DNA of 64,000 bases, from positions 24,423,447 through 24,487,446 of the forward strand of contig CM119263.1 in NCBI GenBank assembly GCA_051294375.1, read 5' to 3'. The position numbers and the translations under genes were made by a program. The notes below the pieces were generated by a model. The model ran no database searches. It worked only from the letters and a program-made list of their open reading frames with translations, and was not told the origin of the DNA. Positions 1 through 26,700 of this stretch are shown here, piece after piece. The stretch's first letter is position 1. Every line of letters starts with the position of its first letter. The stretch comes from Paraspadella gotoi. Its lineage: Eukaryota; Animalia; Chaetognatha.

Positions 1-1431
1 TCTCTCTCTCACGAAATCTAACCCTCCATCGTCTGCGTTGATCTTTTTCATTCTTCGAAATCCCTACAAGCCTTAGCAAGCATCAAACCCCCATCCCCGC
101 GCCCCACCTATTTCTACCAATCAATGCGTTGTCTCGTTTAAAATCGAGCATTCTTTTATCATTATCGAAACCGATAAGTCGGCGAAAGCGTAAGAAAGTA
201 ATTACCAAATTTTTCGGTTTTTGCTCGCAGTTTTTAGTTCTGATAATGCCAATTACTTTTAAGAAATACATTATCCTTCTTCGCTTTCATTTACCGCTCT
301 CTCGATCGATTTTTATGTACATTTCAATTTTTTAAGTTCCAAAATTATGGAGCATTTTGTCCAAGGCTGCAGACACATCCGTAGACTTTCTACTTTCGAT
401 CCCCGGGCGACTTCACTCCCAAAGAGTCCGTCCCCCGATGGATTTGNNNNNNNNNNNNNNNNNNNNNNNNNNNNNNNNNNNNNNNNNNNNNNNNNNNNNN
501 NNNNNNNNNNNNNNNNNNNNNNNNNNNNNNNNNNNNNNNNNNNNNNNNNNNNNNNNNNNNNNNNNNNNNNNNNNNNNNNNNNNNNNNNNNNNNNNNNNNN
601 NNNNNNNNNNNNNNNNNNNNNNNNNNNNNNNNNNNNNNNNNNNNNNNNNNNNNNNNNNNNNNNNNNNNNNNNNNNNNNNNNNNNNNNNNNNNNNNNNNNN
701 NNNNNNNNNNNNNNNNNNNNNNNNNNNNNNNNNNNNNNNNNNNNNNNNNNNNNNNNNNNNNNNNNNNNNNNNNNNNNNNNNNNNNNNNNNNGTCTTTTTC
801 TTCGTCCCTTTTTTTCTTACTTTTTCCGCCACTTTTTCTTTTTTTCTTTTGAACTTTTTTTATTTCTTTTCGGCGACGTCACCGAGCGCTGTTCTTTTCT
901 TTTTCTTTCGGTCGCAGGGATACTCTGTCATTATCAGAGATAAATGATTGTGATTGTGATGTCGTTGACTTTGTTCGAGTTCCGACACAATGCGTTGCTC
1001 TGGTTGTGCTCATGACACTTTTAAAAGGTTATTTTTAAAAAAAGTTATAAAGGAATAAAAGGATAAGGTCCCATGTCCTTTGTCCAATATCTAATGTATG
1101 ATATCCGATGTCAAATGTTCATTTTCCAATGTCCAATAGACAAAGAAAAAGCGAAAGAAAAGGAGGAGAAACCGAAGAAAAGAGTTAGAAGAAACGGACG
1201 TTTTTCTTCCCCCGAGTCGGGATCTTCGTGAGATGTCAGAGCTGATGTTGATGTTGATGTTGATGTTGAAAGCCAGCGACTGAAATGGTCTGTCAGTTGC
1301 GGATTCGCTCTGTCAACGACTTCTCATGGTTTTCGCCAAGAAACGAGAGAACGTTTGAACGAGGTGAAAGTCGAGAAAGACTCGCGGCGAAAAGGAAGCG
1401 AAGTTTTATGAATTGCCGATCATAGGTTATT

Positions 1432-1488
1432 ATCTTGTAAGAGAGAGTCCCTAATTCTCCATAGCCAGTCAAAAGTCTGTCCCAAGAT
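1432..1488 (+). repeat. Degenerate relic of the short twister-ribozyme repeat family
   Basis: ATCTTGTAA...TAA...CATAG-CCAG-TCAAAAGT-CTG..CAAGAT-AACTTATTTATT follows the layout and flanks of the copies at 26180 and 27646. P4 is swapped (CAG/CTG instead of CTG/CAG), but the GATGG/P1 part is deleted or mutated. Confidence 0.55.
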
Positions 1489-2212
1489 AACTTATTTATT
1501 AATTGGTTGAATCAATCCACCATATACGTCCGCACGTACGTTGATTCAGATTCACATTCGTACATAAAAGACAATGCAAATCATTGCTACAAAATCGTGA
1601 AAATAATTCAAAAATTGGCAGAATGTTTTTATCCTTTTAATTCGAACTTGTAAGGCTTAAAGGCGTTTTTTTTCTTCGGCTCCCGGAAGTAAGAGAGACT
1701 CAGCTTAAAAGAGAACGAAAAAGACGAAAGATGGCAGCATCATAATGGCTTTACTGGAGCCGGAGAGTCAATGCCCTTGTCTCAGACCGACTTATTCCAT
1801 TTGACAAAAATTGTCTCTGCGAGTTCGTGACAAAACAACCATATCGCCTCGTGTCAATAGTCATTACAATTTAAACAGAAAATGTGAGGAATGGATAATT
1901 TAGATATATTGTGGGATTCTCCGTAACTTTACATTAGTTTTTGGGAAAAATGTCCTACAGATTCGTCATCCATTATCATCGCCATCATAATCGCCTTAGA
2001 TCTTAACGTTGTCGTCGTTTTTGTCGTCGTCGTCGTCGTCGTCGTCATGGTTCTCGGCCTATCGTCGTGATGTTCGTAATCGTAGAAGTCTCAGTCAATT
2101 CTTGGCCGCCTCGCTATCCCTTTTTTTCGTTAATTCGTATTTTCTGTTTTTCCTTTATTTTTTTTCCCCCTTCGAACTATTCATGCTTAATCGTCTTTTC
2201 AACTACATTCCG

Positions 2213-2280
<68 letters not shown>

Positions 2281-3513
2281 TCTCCTCTCTCTCTTCTCTC
2301 ACAAATCTCCGCCTTTCTTTCCTTCTTCTCCGTTTCCTCGTCTTTTGTTTGTTTGTTTACAATTTCTCCTCCTTCCGTCTTTTTTAAGAAGCGAATCAAT
2401 GGCGTCCGTCCAAACGGACGACGTCGACCAAGTTATTTTTGTTTGCGTCTATTCTCGATCAAAAACTCTTTATCTTTTGACCTTTTGACTCGTAAATCGG
2501 AAAGAGGGAGTCACGCGATCTTAACGGGGTCACGTGACGTTTATTGTCTCCGCCGCTGATGGTCACATGTTTTTCTCGGGAACTACGTGCGCCGGGGGAT
2601 CACAAGGCAGGTGTCCAAAACAAGCGCGATGGAAGTTAGTGACCGAGACTCTCTTATCGGTTGACAAATGATTAGAGAAAAAGAGTTGAAAAAAGTTAAA
2701 AAGGAAAAAAAAAGAGACCCAAAAAAAAAGGAAAAAAATAGAAAGAGAGAAAAAAGGAGGGAAAGACAGGGAAAAGCTTTCAGAGCTGGAAGCAAATTAG
2801 TTCACGTACGAGTTTAGTCACTTCTGTCACCGTTGTCAAAACCGCCAAGAGAGAGAGAAAGAGAGAGACAGAGAGAGAAAGAGAGAGTAAGGATGCCTCA
2901 GGTTTAGGAAAAAATAATGCAAAATATTAATATAATAATGATAATATTAATAAAATATTTAGAATTTTAAAATTCGAGGAAGAGCACCTAAAAAAAAAAG
3001 AAGAGAACACACGAAGCAAAGGAAAAGGATTAAAAGGAAGAACCTGGCTCGTGTTAAGAAAAGGAGTTTTGCGAGAAGAGGAATAAAAAGGAAGGACGTG
3101 AAGGAAATAAAAAAGAAAGAATTATATATATATGTAAGACAAGAAAAGAAAAAAAAATGACAGGAGAATAAAAAAAGAAGAAAAATAAAGGAAAGAATAA
3201 AAGCCCGGGACGGAAGGGAAACGGGTCCTGAAAAAAAAAGAGGCGGGAAGGGCGCGGGAGAGAAGAGAGGAGAAGTGACTGAAAGGAGGAGTGGGGCGGG
3301 GGGCGCCGAAGTGGCGCGATGAGAAAAAGGCGAAAGAAAGATGAACGCCCGCCTGAAGAAGTTTTTTCCGCTCTAGCGCTCGGGGTTTATAAAGGGGAAA
3401 TAAAGAGTCGACACACATCAGTAAGGATGGTTTTCGCATACTATATAGTTCGTAGTATTGGGATTAGCGAGAGAGATAGAGAGAGAGCGAGAGAGAGAGA
3501 AAAAGGGAGAGAG

Positions 3514-3546
<33 letters not shown>

Positions 3547-4967
3547 TGAGAGAGAGAGGAGACGAGAGACATGGATAATGTCGAAAAGAGGGTGTAATAA
3601 AAAAGATAGGAAGAAAACCTTGAATAAATATTATTTCTTGAAAAAATATTACCTTAAATTTTTAGTTAAAAGGGAAGTAAGGGACAAAAAAAAAAAAGGA
3701 ATAAAATCCGAATTGTGATAAAAAGGAAATAGAAAAAATAGAGTAAAAACAAAAAAAACAAAAACAAAAAAGGAAAAAAAAAACAACACAAAGAGCGCCA
3801 GAGACGTTTCCAGCAGACGGAGCGCGCGTTAAGGTGAAACTTTCTATCCAGTCGAACTCTTGCTAACTTTGACACCAAAAATACGCTCACCATAATATGT
3901 GTCTTTTGGTTGAGCGAGGAAATCATCAATTTTCTTACGCTTAAAGAAGAGAAAGAGAGAGGAAAAAAGAAGAGAGAGAGAGAGAGACTGAGAGAAGAGA
4001 GAGAGAGAGGAGGAGAGAGAGAGAAGGGAGCAGAGAGAGAGAGAGAGCAGAGAAGAGAGAGATGAGAGAGCAGAGAAGAATGACATTGATTAATAAATAG
4101 AAACAACCAGAAAAAAACCCCATGGATGGAAGTTTCCCCGAAAACCCGCAAAAGAAAAAAATGAAATGACGAAAGTGGAAGAGACACAGAAAAAGAAAGA
4201 AAGGAAGAATACAAAAAGTTAAACTAAAAAAAAAGAGTCAAATAAAGAAAACCGATCGAGGTGGAGGAGAAGAAAGATCTGGGAAAGAGAAGGGAAAAAG
4301 GATCGTTAAAAGAAAAAAAAAGAAGACGAATAAAAAAAAAATAGACGCCATGAAAAAAAAAGCTTTGTTTGAAAGGTAAAATGGGGAAGAATCGTAGAGA
4401 AAGAAAAGTAAAAGGAGACTTACAGCTGCCCGGGGAAGAAAATGGGGAAAGAAAAGCGGCCGTGAAAAAGAAAAGAAAGAAAAAAAAGCGGCCCGGGGAG
4501 GGATAGTAGGAAGAAATAAGGGGGGGAGGAAATATAGAGGAATAAAAGGTAGAAATATATTAATTTTGCTTTTTTTTCCCAGAAGTAAAAAAGGTTACAA
4601 AAGAAAAAGTTGCAAGTGGAGGAAGTACTAGGAGAGAATGAAAAACATTGGCCTAGAAAAGAAAAAAAGAAATAAAAGAAAAAAGCGGCCCAGGGAGGAA
4701 AAAGAAAAAAAAAGCGAGAGGAAAAAAAAGAGTGGGAGCGAAGAAACTCATTTTGCTCATTNNNNNNNNNNNNNNNNNNNNNNNNNNNNNNNNNNNNNNN
4801 NNNNNNNNNNNNNNNNNNNNNNNNNNNNNNNNNNNNNNNNNNNNNNNNNNNNNNNNNNNNNNNNNNNNNNNNNNNNNNNNNNNNNNNNNNNNNNNNNNNN
4901 NNNNNNNNNNNNNNNNNNNNNNNNNNNNNNNNNNNNNNNNNNNNNNNNNNNNNNNNTCTCCACTCAC

Positions 4968-5126
4968 TTCCTGTTCCTCCATTTCGTAAACACCAATCCT
5001 CTGTCCCGAAGACTTCACTGTGGCCCCGCGCAATGTGTAGCGGGCATTGACCGTTGAGGCCGTAAACCGCCTTTTGGGTGAAGCGACCCACCAAGTCCGG
5101 TTCCAAGCCCATGAAACGTTTCATCG
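4968..5126 (-). CDS. Candidate isolated coding exon with an ankyrin-repeat-like motif
   Basis: Strong acceptor (tttttttaattccctctctcgcag) and donor (gtgagt) enclose 159 nt open in phase 1-1: MKRFMGLEPDLVGRFTQKAVYGLNGQCPLHIARGHSEVFGTEDWCLRNGGTG. GQCPLHIA-RGH resembles the ankyrin G-x-TPLHIA--GH motif. Other exons were not found; N gaps are adjacent. Confidence 0.35.
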
Positions 5127-6411
5127 CTGCGAGAGGGAATTAAAAAAAGTTACGAATGGTAGTCTTCAGCCCACTTGATACCTTCTCCACTAATATAGTC
5201 ATTTCTTACAACATTGACTTCCTATAATTCGAAATTTTCAAATCCGGTTTTCACTTCAAAGTGAACCTCCCCTGACGTAAATTCATCCCTAATCACCTAA
5301 CCACGCCTGACTTTCATCCTTCCCCTCGAATCCCTCCCCTACCTCCCTGACACCCAGATGCCGTGAAAACTTATCCAAGCGGAAACAGAACTCGTCAGAT
5401 TTTACTGGTTCTAGAGAGAGAAGCTCATCAACGGAAAGAGATTCTCGGTTCATAATGAGTTTTTTTTTTTCTTTCTTTACTCTCAAACTCTCAAAGCGAG
5501 AAAATTGAATTTATATTTAGATTTTAATTTGGAAGGTTTTCAAGCTTGTGACTTGACTTATGCGTGATTTAGCGTCATCTGGAGGGAGTAGTTCAACAAA
5601 AATGTCAGTGTCAAACAAGCTCAACAGTAACGTATAACCGATTTGAAAAGTGCAAGCCGCATGGGGATTAAACTGACATACATGGAGGGAGGTTTGGTTT
5701 GCGCTTGTCTGGGAAGGATACGGGGAAGGAAAAAGTTCTTTTGTTGCTTATTAGCCGAAAATAAGCTATAAAAACTAATAACACACTGAAAACAACTTAG
5801 ATTAAGTTTCTGTGTAGCATTAAAGTTTTGTTATTGCGTACAACACCCTCTTCAGTTAATTAAAATAGTTTTAGTCAGGCTGACTTTTTCGCTTAATTTC
5901 TTAATTTATACGTGATCCGCAAGTTATTATTCTTTAAACTGAAACTTTGAACAGAACGCTCCTCCGTTCCCGTCGTTTTCCCACCCACATAACAAGAAAT
6001 ACTTACTTGGACGCCTCCCCGTTCCACGGCGTTATTGCGAATGATAAACCCGCGAACGGAAAAACGCTTAGGAGTCCCGCTGCACTTCTCCAAATTGCGT
6101 CGCCACCCCATCGTGCACCGTTTCGTCGTCGTCGTCCGTATATTGTCTCGCCTTTCCCGATCTTGCCGGCTTCCGCTAGACTGCCGCTGAGCGCGACGAT
6201 CCCTCCGCCGCCCGGAAGGTCCCGCCCCTCTTCAAGATCCAGTCTCAACTCTGGAAACCGTTTTGAAGGCGCAAATTAAAGCTCAATCGGAGGAACGCGA
6301 TTCCTCGGCCAATGAGTTCAACACAATGCGGTCCCGCGCAAAGTGGAGAGTGATTGTGGGGGCGGGAGAGAGACGGAGATGAGAGAAGAGGAGAGTAGAG
6401 AGAGAGGAGAG

Positions 6412-6446
<35 letters not shown>

Positions 6447-8141
6447 TCGATGGAGCGCAGAGATATCGGAAGGAGAGTGAGGGAAGTAAGAAAGGCAACG
6501 GGGAAACAGAACAGCAATTGTGATTTAGCGGAAGGGATTTTCGATTAGAATTATAGATAAACATAGAAAATTAAAAAAATTGATATCAAGAACCAGTTAA
6601 ACACCGAGACCACTTAAGAAGAGTCGGGAATTGTCTGGTCCAGCGAAGGAATCAATTGTGGGATATTCAAGTAATTTAGTTGGGTCTTCGCACCGATGTA
6701 ACATCGAACGAAAAAACCATATTTCGTAGTTCCAGCAACAGCTTTTAACTTCATAGAAACAAATTGCGTTCTAAATATGGAGTAACCAGCTCGCGTTTCC
6801 TTCTGGTTTAATCTACACGGTAAGCGCGGTGGCTTTTTGAAAACACCCAAAAACAAAGGGAATGGAATTAGATGCCAGATAAGGAGAAGACAACCGTCGA
6901 ATTGGTTTTTTGGGGGGGGCGTGGAAAGAAGGGGTGGCGAAAGTGGAAAGGAAAATATGCAAGAGGAAGGGGAGACGGAGAAATGAGGAAAAAAAGGAAG
7001 AAAGGAGGAAAATAAATCCGGAGGAAAAGTTTTATAAAAACTAAACTTTGCACTCTGGAGGGAAAATCATTGGAAAAAAAGAAAGAAGGGGCAAGAAAGA
7101 AAACTCTCCTATTATAATTCAGGAGGGAAAAAAACCCGAGAACAGCGGCGGGAAAAAAATATGATGGGTGAGAGAAAGAAAAGATGGGTGAGGAAAAGAA
7201 AAGGAAGGTACGGAGTTGAAAAAAAAGGAAGGAAGGAGAGGAAAAAATAACTCTGCGCCGAGAGAAAATTCGCTGATAGGAAGGAAAAAATACGAAGAGA
7301 ACGATGGCGAATTTTCCGGTTCTTTCCTCTTGCCTTCATTGCTGCCCGTGACCCCACACCGGTTGCTAGCATATGAAGATTAAATTATTGTGACCGCGAG
7401 ATTAAATATGGCGCTATTTCTCTCCCCACGCTCGCCGCTTGTAGTATCCTTATTTTTTTTCTCTTCTTTTTTTTTAACACTTTCGTGCCTCCGTTGATTT
7501 TTTAAAAAGTTGGTTTTTGTATTTTTTTCCTTTTCCTCAGTTGTTGTTTACCACGGCCGACCACAAAAGGGGTAAGTGGCTTTCCCTCTCCTCTTCCTCT
7601 CTCCGTTCTCTTCTCTCTCTCTCTCCTCTCTCGTCTTCTCTCTTTCTACTCTCTCTCTCTCTCGCCCCTTTTTCGTTTTCCTGTCGGCCTATAAAAAATT
7701 ATTAATTTTTTCGTCCGTGTTTTGCTTTTAAATTCGCGGAGGATGCGCTCCCTCCTTAAAATCTTCCTCCTTTTTCCCCTCCGTTATCTAATACTGCTCA
7801 TCTCTCTCCTCTCTCTCCGTCTCTCTTTCATTCATCTCCGATTTTACGATTTTATTCATCGGAAAAAAAAATTTATTCGAACAAAATTATTGAGGAATAT
7901 TTCGTTTTATTTCATATTCTCTTTTTCTTTCAATAATTTTAGCTGAAAAGCTCGTCGTTTTTATTGATGATAATTTTATATTAAATAGAAATTAAGGCAT
8001 AAGATTTTTGAAATTTTATTTCACCAACTTCCCAACACCACCAAAAAGAACGAACTGTATTATTTTTTTATCATTTTTTATCATTTAATCATCCTTTATC
8101 CGTTGCTCATTTGTTTCCTCGTCTTTTTTCCCCCCGCTAAG

Positions 8142-22242
<14,101 letters not shown>

Positions 22243-23729
22243 TGACCGCGAGAGGCGCTCGCGAAGAAAGCGAATCGTAAAAACAAAAGACTTAGCGGTT
22301 GTTGATCTCAAGCAGGGGGTGGTCGGACTTGTTCTGATCTGATTCTCGATTTAATCGCGAAAGAATACTAACTGGTCTGGTAAAACCCCTCTTCGGCTAA
22401 TGATATTTTTTTTTGTGATTAAAATGCCCACATCCGTATTTTAACACTTAAGGTTACACACGGTTATTTTTCAAAGTAAACAACATTTTCGCTAGAGATA
22501 AAAAATGATATTTATCATCTCATATTGGTACATCCAATAATTAAATTATTAATTATGAAACTTATAATAATACTTATAAATCAACGAATCAAATATTAAC
22601 AGCAAAATCGCAGAACAGATCAGGAAAGAAACTCAGTGGCCGATTACAATTTTTTTTCCCTTGAGTGCGGATACAAGCTTACACAATTAAAAAAAAAATA
22701 TGTTATCGTTCTATTTTTCTTTTTTTCAAAGGTGCTGTTTATAGTGTTGAATTACGCGTGATCTTCATTCATATCAGTGTGTGAGTCTGAGGCTAATTTG
22801 CAGGAGGACATCAATTTTCTTCGCCGATTGTTACGTGTAAAACAAAAATTAAAAGTTGCAGTGTCCGTTTTAAAAAAGACAAATTTTTTTCTTTTTGGTT
22901 TGTGTGAAAAGTTAAAGCATAACCATTCATGATTAATGATTATTGTAGCGAAGTTTCACTTAATATTCTGTAAATTAATGTATATAATCTTTTGTAGCTG
23001 CCCAACACGGAAACCAGCGCTTCATTTGTCCAGCTGGCAGGAACTGCGAAGTAGTTCTTGGTACATTTAAAATATTTTAAATAAGTTCAACTTTGATTTC
23101 GTTTTCAATCTGTGTTGGGAAGTAAATATTACTCCTCATAGGAGCTTGATACTTATAAAATAAATTCTTTCATATACTCAAATAACAACCGAATCTCTTT
23201 TGTAAGAATTTCAAACATCAAAATAAAACTAGCTAACTTCCAACAGTGAACACGTTCAACAAGAATCCTTAGTTTAGTATTTACGCCAAAAATAGAATAG
23301 GTTGAAACTCGAACTGTTGACAATCGTCTCCCAATGTTAATCCGACTCCATCTGGCGTGCCAAGGTCGCCGTTTTAATTAGCGCTCCTCCGAGAAAGGCG
23401 GTCGTAATTAAAAGAGGACAGTAAAAAGAGAGAAAGAGAGAATCCCCTTTCCTTTTTTTTTATCGGCCGGCCCAAAGACGATTCGGAGGATGGGAAAAGA
23501 CTGGAAAGTTGCCTTTGTCTTCGTCGTCGTCGTTCATGAGCAAAATCAATGAGACGTAACAAAAAACGTGTCAAAAGACCATTTTAAGAATTGGTGCGTT
23601 TGGCCAAAGCTAAACTTCTAAGCTCTTTAAAGAAATTAAGGATTTCCCGTCAAAAAAATAAGGCTACTCGAATTGTATAGCTTTCGAACGCATGTTTGTC
23701 GCTCTGGCCCGCGCGCACAACGATAGTCT

Positions 23730-26700
23730 TCACTCCGCCTTCTCTACTCTCTCCGTCTTTCGCAGCTCGGCGCAAACGACCGCGTGGCCCGCCTTCCAGT
23801 TGGCGCGTTGGCAGTCGGCAGAGCAGTACCACGCCCTCTTGCAACGCGAGCAGAAGGGGAATTTCTTGCCCTCGGGGGCGGCCTTGCGGCAGTGGAGACA
23901 CTCGTGCTCGCCGTCACCCTCAAACGAGCAGAGCGGGCATTTGCACTCGAAGGAGTAAGAGTGGAGCAACTGCGCCTGGCGATCGACGCGCGGTTGGCGA
24001 GGATCGATGTAAGAGATGAAACATTGCTCGTCCTTTTGAATCGGGCGGACGCTGTAGACGTGGACGCCGGGAAGACGGCGAATGAAGTCGCTCTTTACCT
24101 CGCAGTTGTGGAGGCAGCTGTGGTTAAGACAGGCGTGGAGAGGGAAGAGACCACCGAACATCGGTCGTCGAGGTTCTTCCTGTCAATGGGAAGGGAAGTT
24201 GAGTGGGAAAGAGAGAAGTGGTCGTCATTGAGATGAAATATAACAAAAAAAAATTTTGCAATCGGCAATTTCGAAGAGCTCTCGGGTCGTGAAAAAAAAA
24301 AACCGGTAGTCATCTCATGTTCAACAAAGGAAAGAAAAGGAACCTCTTAAAACCTTAAGCCCCTTGAAAGATAAGTCAAAACATTCTACCACCGTTTTAA
24401 TATTTGTCTATAAATTGTCTACAACGTAAAAATTTGTATTAGGAGAAGAAAACGTCTGAGCGTTGGAGGATTGAAAAAAAGATGGCAAAGCGGGAGAACA
24501 GCGTAGCAAAGCGATTTCCCAGCAGAGGCGCTCCGCCACAGTCGCACTGCACAGTGCACAGAAGCAAAACGTTTTCACCAAGCGCGGAATTCAACGAAAA
24601 TTCTCCCTCGTACATTATTTATGATTCCGCCCCGCCGGAAAAGGAAGACCGGAAAGCTTGGGAAGCGGAAAAGCCGGAAAGCAGGAAAAATCGGAAAGGC
24701 GGACGGGCGGAATGTCGTAAAACGTATGATGAATTCCCAGGAAAAAAACAAAAGGAATTAAGAGATAAAAAGCGGAACCGACTGGAGTCGGAGGAGCGGG
24801 AGATTTTGAATGACATCAGCGATGGAAAGAAGAAGACTCGAAACGATGATAAAAAAAAAGATTGAAAAGAGAGGGAGGAATAAAGAACTGGAATGGAAGA
24901 AGAAACGGGCTGTCATTCCGGAGAAGATTTTCTCGTGAATGGTGGAAAAAATATGAGGGGAATGTGAAAATGACAGATTTGATTCAAGGGCCGATGGGAA
25001 TGGAGAGAAGAAAGTGGGATCGGGTAATGGGTAAGTTGGTTGTGAGAGGAAAGGAGTAAAGAAGGAGAGAAAGGAGAAAAAGGGAAAGAAAACTCGAAAT
25101 AAAATAATCAAGATTCCTACTTGAAGATAGTCTTTGATTTCGTCGAGAACGCCTTCATAGGGAAACTCTTCGGCCAGGGTGTCGACGAAGATCTGATAGT
25201 TGGTCTTCGGAGGTCCGTAGAACTGCGCGTTATTGGCGAGTTGATAGTGGCGACCGTCGTACTCTCGTGCGTCGATGTCGTAGGGAACAGGGAGATTTTC
25301 GTTTCTGAAAAGCGACGGCAGAAAGCGATTAGAATGGCTGGATTTGGCCAACAAAAGGGCAAAGTCGTTTTCTTTCATTTTAAAAAGATTCTTATTTCTT
25401 AAGATGCTCGGATATTTAATCGTATCAGATTATGATATAGATGCATATCAACATATTGTGACGAATCCTAAATTCGCCTCCCGTATAGCTTGGTGAAACT
25501 CAGCTCGTCCCATTGGCTAAGGACAGCTAGGTACTCGTTCACCAACCGTGAGTTCCGTCTTCAATCCCCTCACGGTCACGCTGGTTAAAAGTGTGATGGT
25601 GTCGGCGTAAACACGCCAGTGACATGGGGTGGTCACTGCAGGTCCAAAGCCCTAAGCGCCAGTTATCGGGAGATGCCACAGACCCCGGGCATCACACATG
25701 TCTCCCCGTTTCCATAATATACATTATACAATTGAATAAATATTATGTTCAATATATGTCCTTTTAAAACCCGAAGGTTACCTGAAGATAACCTTGAGAT
25801 CGTCGAAGCAGGGTTTGACAGCTGGCGTTTGACTGTAGCCTTCCTTTCCGAAACCTATGAATCGGCGAAAAGGGTCTCGGGCTTTCTCCCAGTGAACCTC
25901 CGTCGCTTCTTCCGTTCCCTCCTCTTTCCACAGTTTATCCACCTGAAAGAGGCAAAATACTGAGTTTTTTTAAACTTCGGGAGAGCCAGAGCAATTTTAG
26001 AGTGTATAGAGAGACGGTTAGAAAAGTCACATGAGTCTTTCCATGAAATTGAAACATTCTTTGAAATATTATACCACTTCATTGATTGGGAAGCCAGCTA
26101 CTCTTGGAGTGAATAAACGAGACCGTGAGAGAGTCTTGATTGAAAGCTTAGTTATTATGTTATGTTATGTTAAGTTATTATCTTGTAAGAGTGATGGAGG
26201 TCATAAACCACCAAAGCCTGTCCAAAGTCAGGGGCAAGATAGCTTATTCATTAAATGAATGGACAATTTCATGACTATCCGAGTCGTGTCGTTAAATGGC
26301 ATGGCGCGACGGGGAATAGAAACAATAAACCTTGACGGGAGGTGCAGATGGGATTGATTTAATCCGTCCGGCAAATGACATCCGGGGATGAATTATCGTT
26401 GTCAAGGAAAATATGCTTCGTCGCGAAAGAAAAAAAATTTAAAATAAAAACCCACCACTTTCCCATGCCATTGCCCATGCCATTGCTTGTAAGGTGGAAA
26501 TTTAAATAAAACAATTAGCTACTTAATAAAGATATGAAATAAAAATTGTTTGAAAAGTTTTTAGTGATTCCGAATTTTAGAAACACTCACTTTCGCAACG
26601 ATTTTGGCCCATAGTTTGGCCAGCAGCAGATAGGACGGGATCGGTTTCGCGTTCCACCTTGAATAAGCTTCTTCGTCCTCCTTGGAACGGGCCAAGTATT

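Noticed and set aside
347-947. Long ORFs spanning X runs
   Set aside because: Artefacts of N gaps.
2009-4214. ORFs rich in SLSL/RERE/FF
   Set aside because: Translations of AG/CT microsatellites and A-rich low-complexity DNA. The same applies to similar ORFs throughout the window.
5050-5112. Twister-like string GAGGC-CG-TAA-ACC-GC...CCGG-TTCCAAGC-CC
   Set aside because: P4 has only 2 bp, P2 and the pseudoknot are mismatched, and the region is better explained as a minus-strand exon.
26189-26230. SECIS interpretation of GTGATGG...AAA...TCCA
   Set aside because: Lacks the 3' GA of the kink-turn quartet, is intronic/antisense, and fits the twister fold much better.
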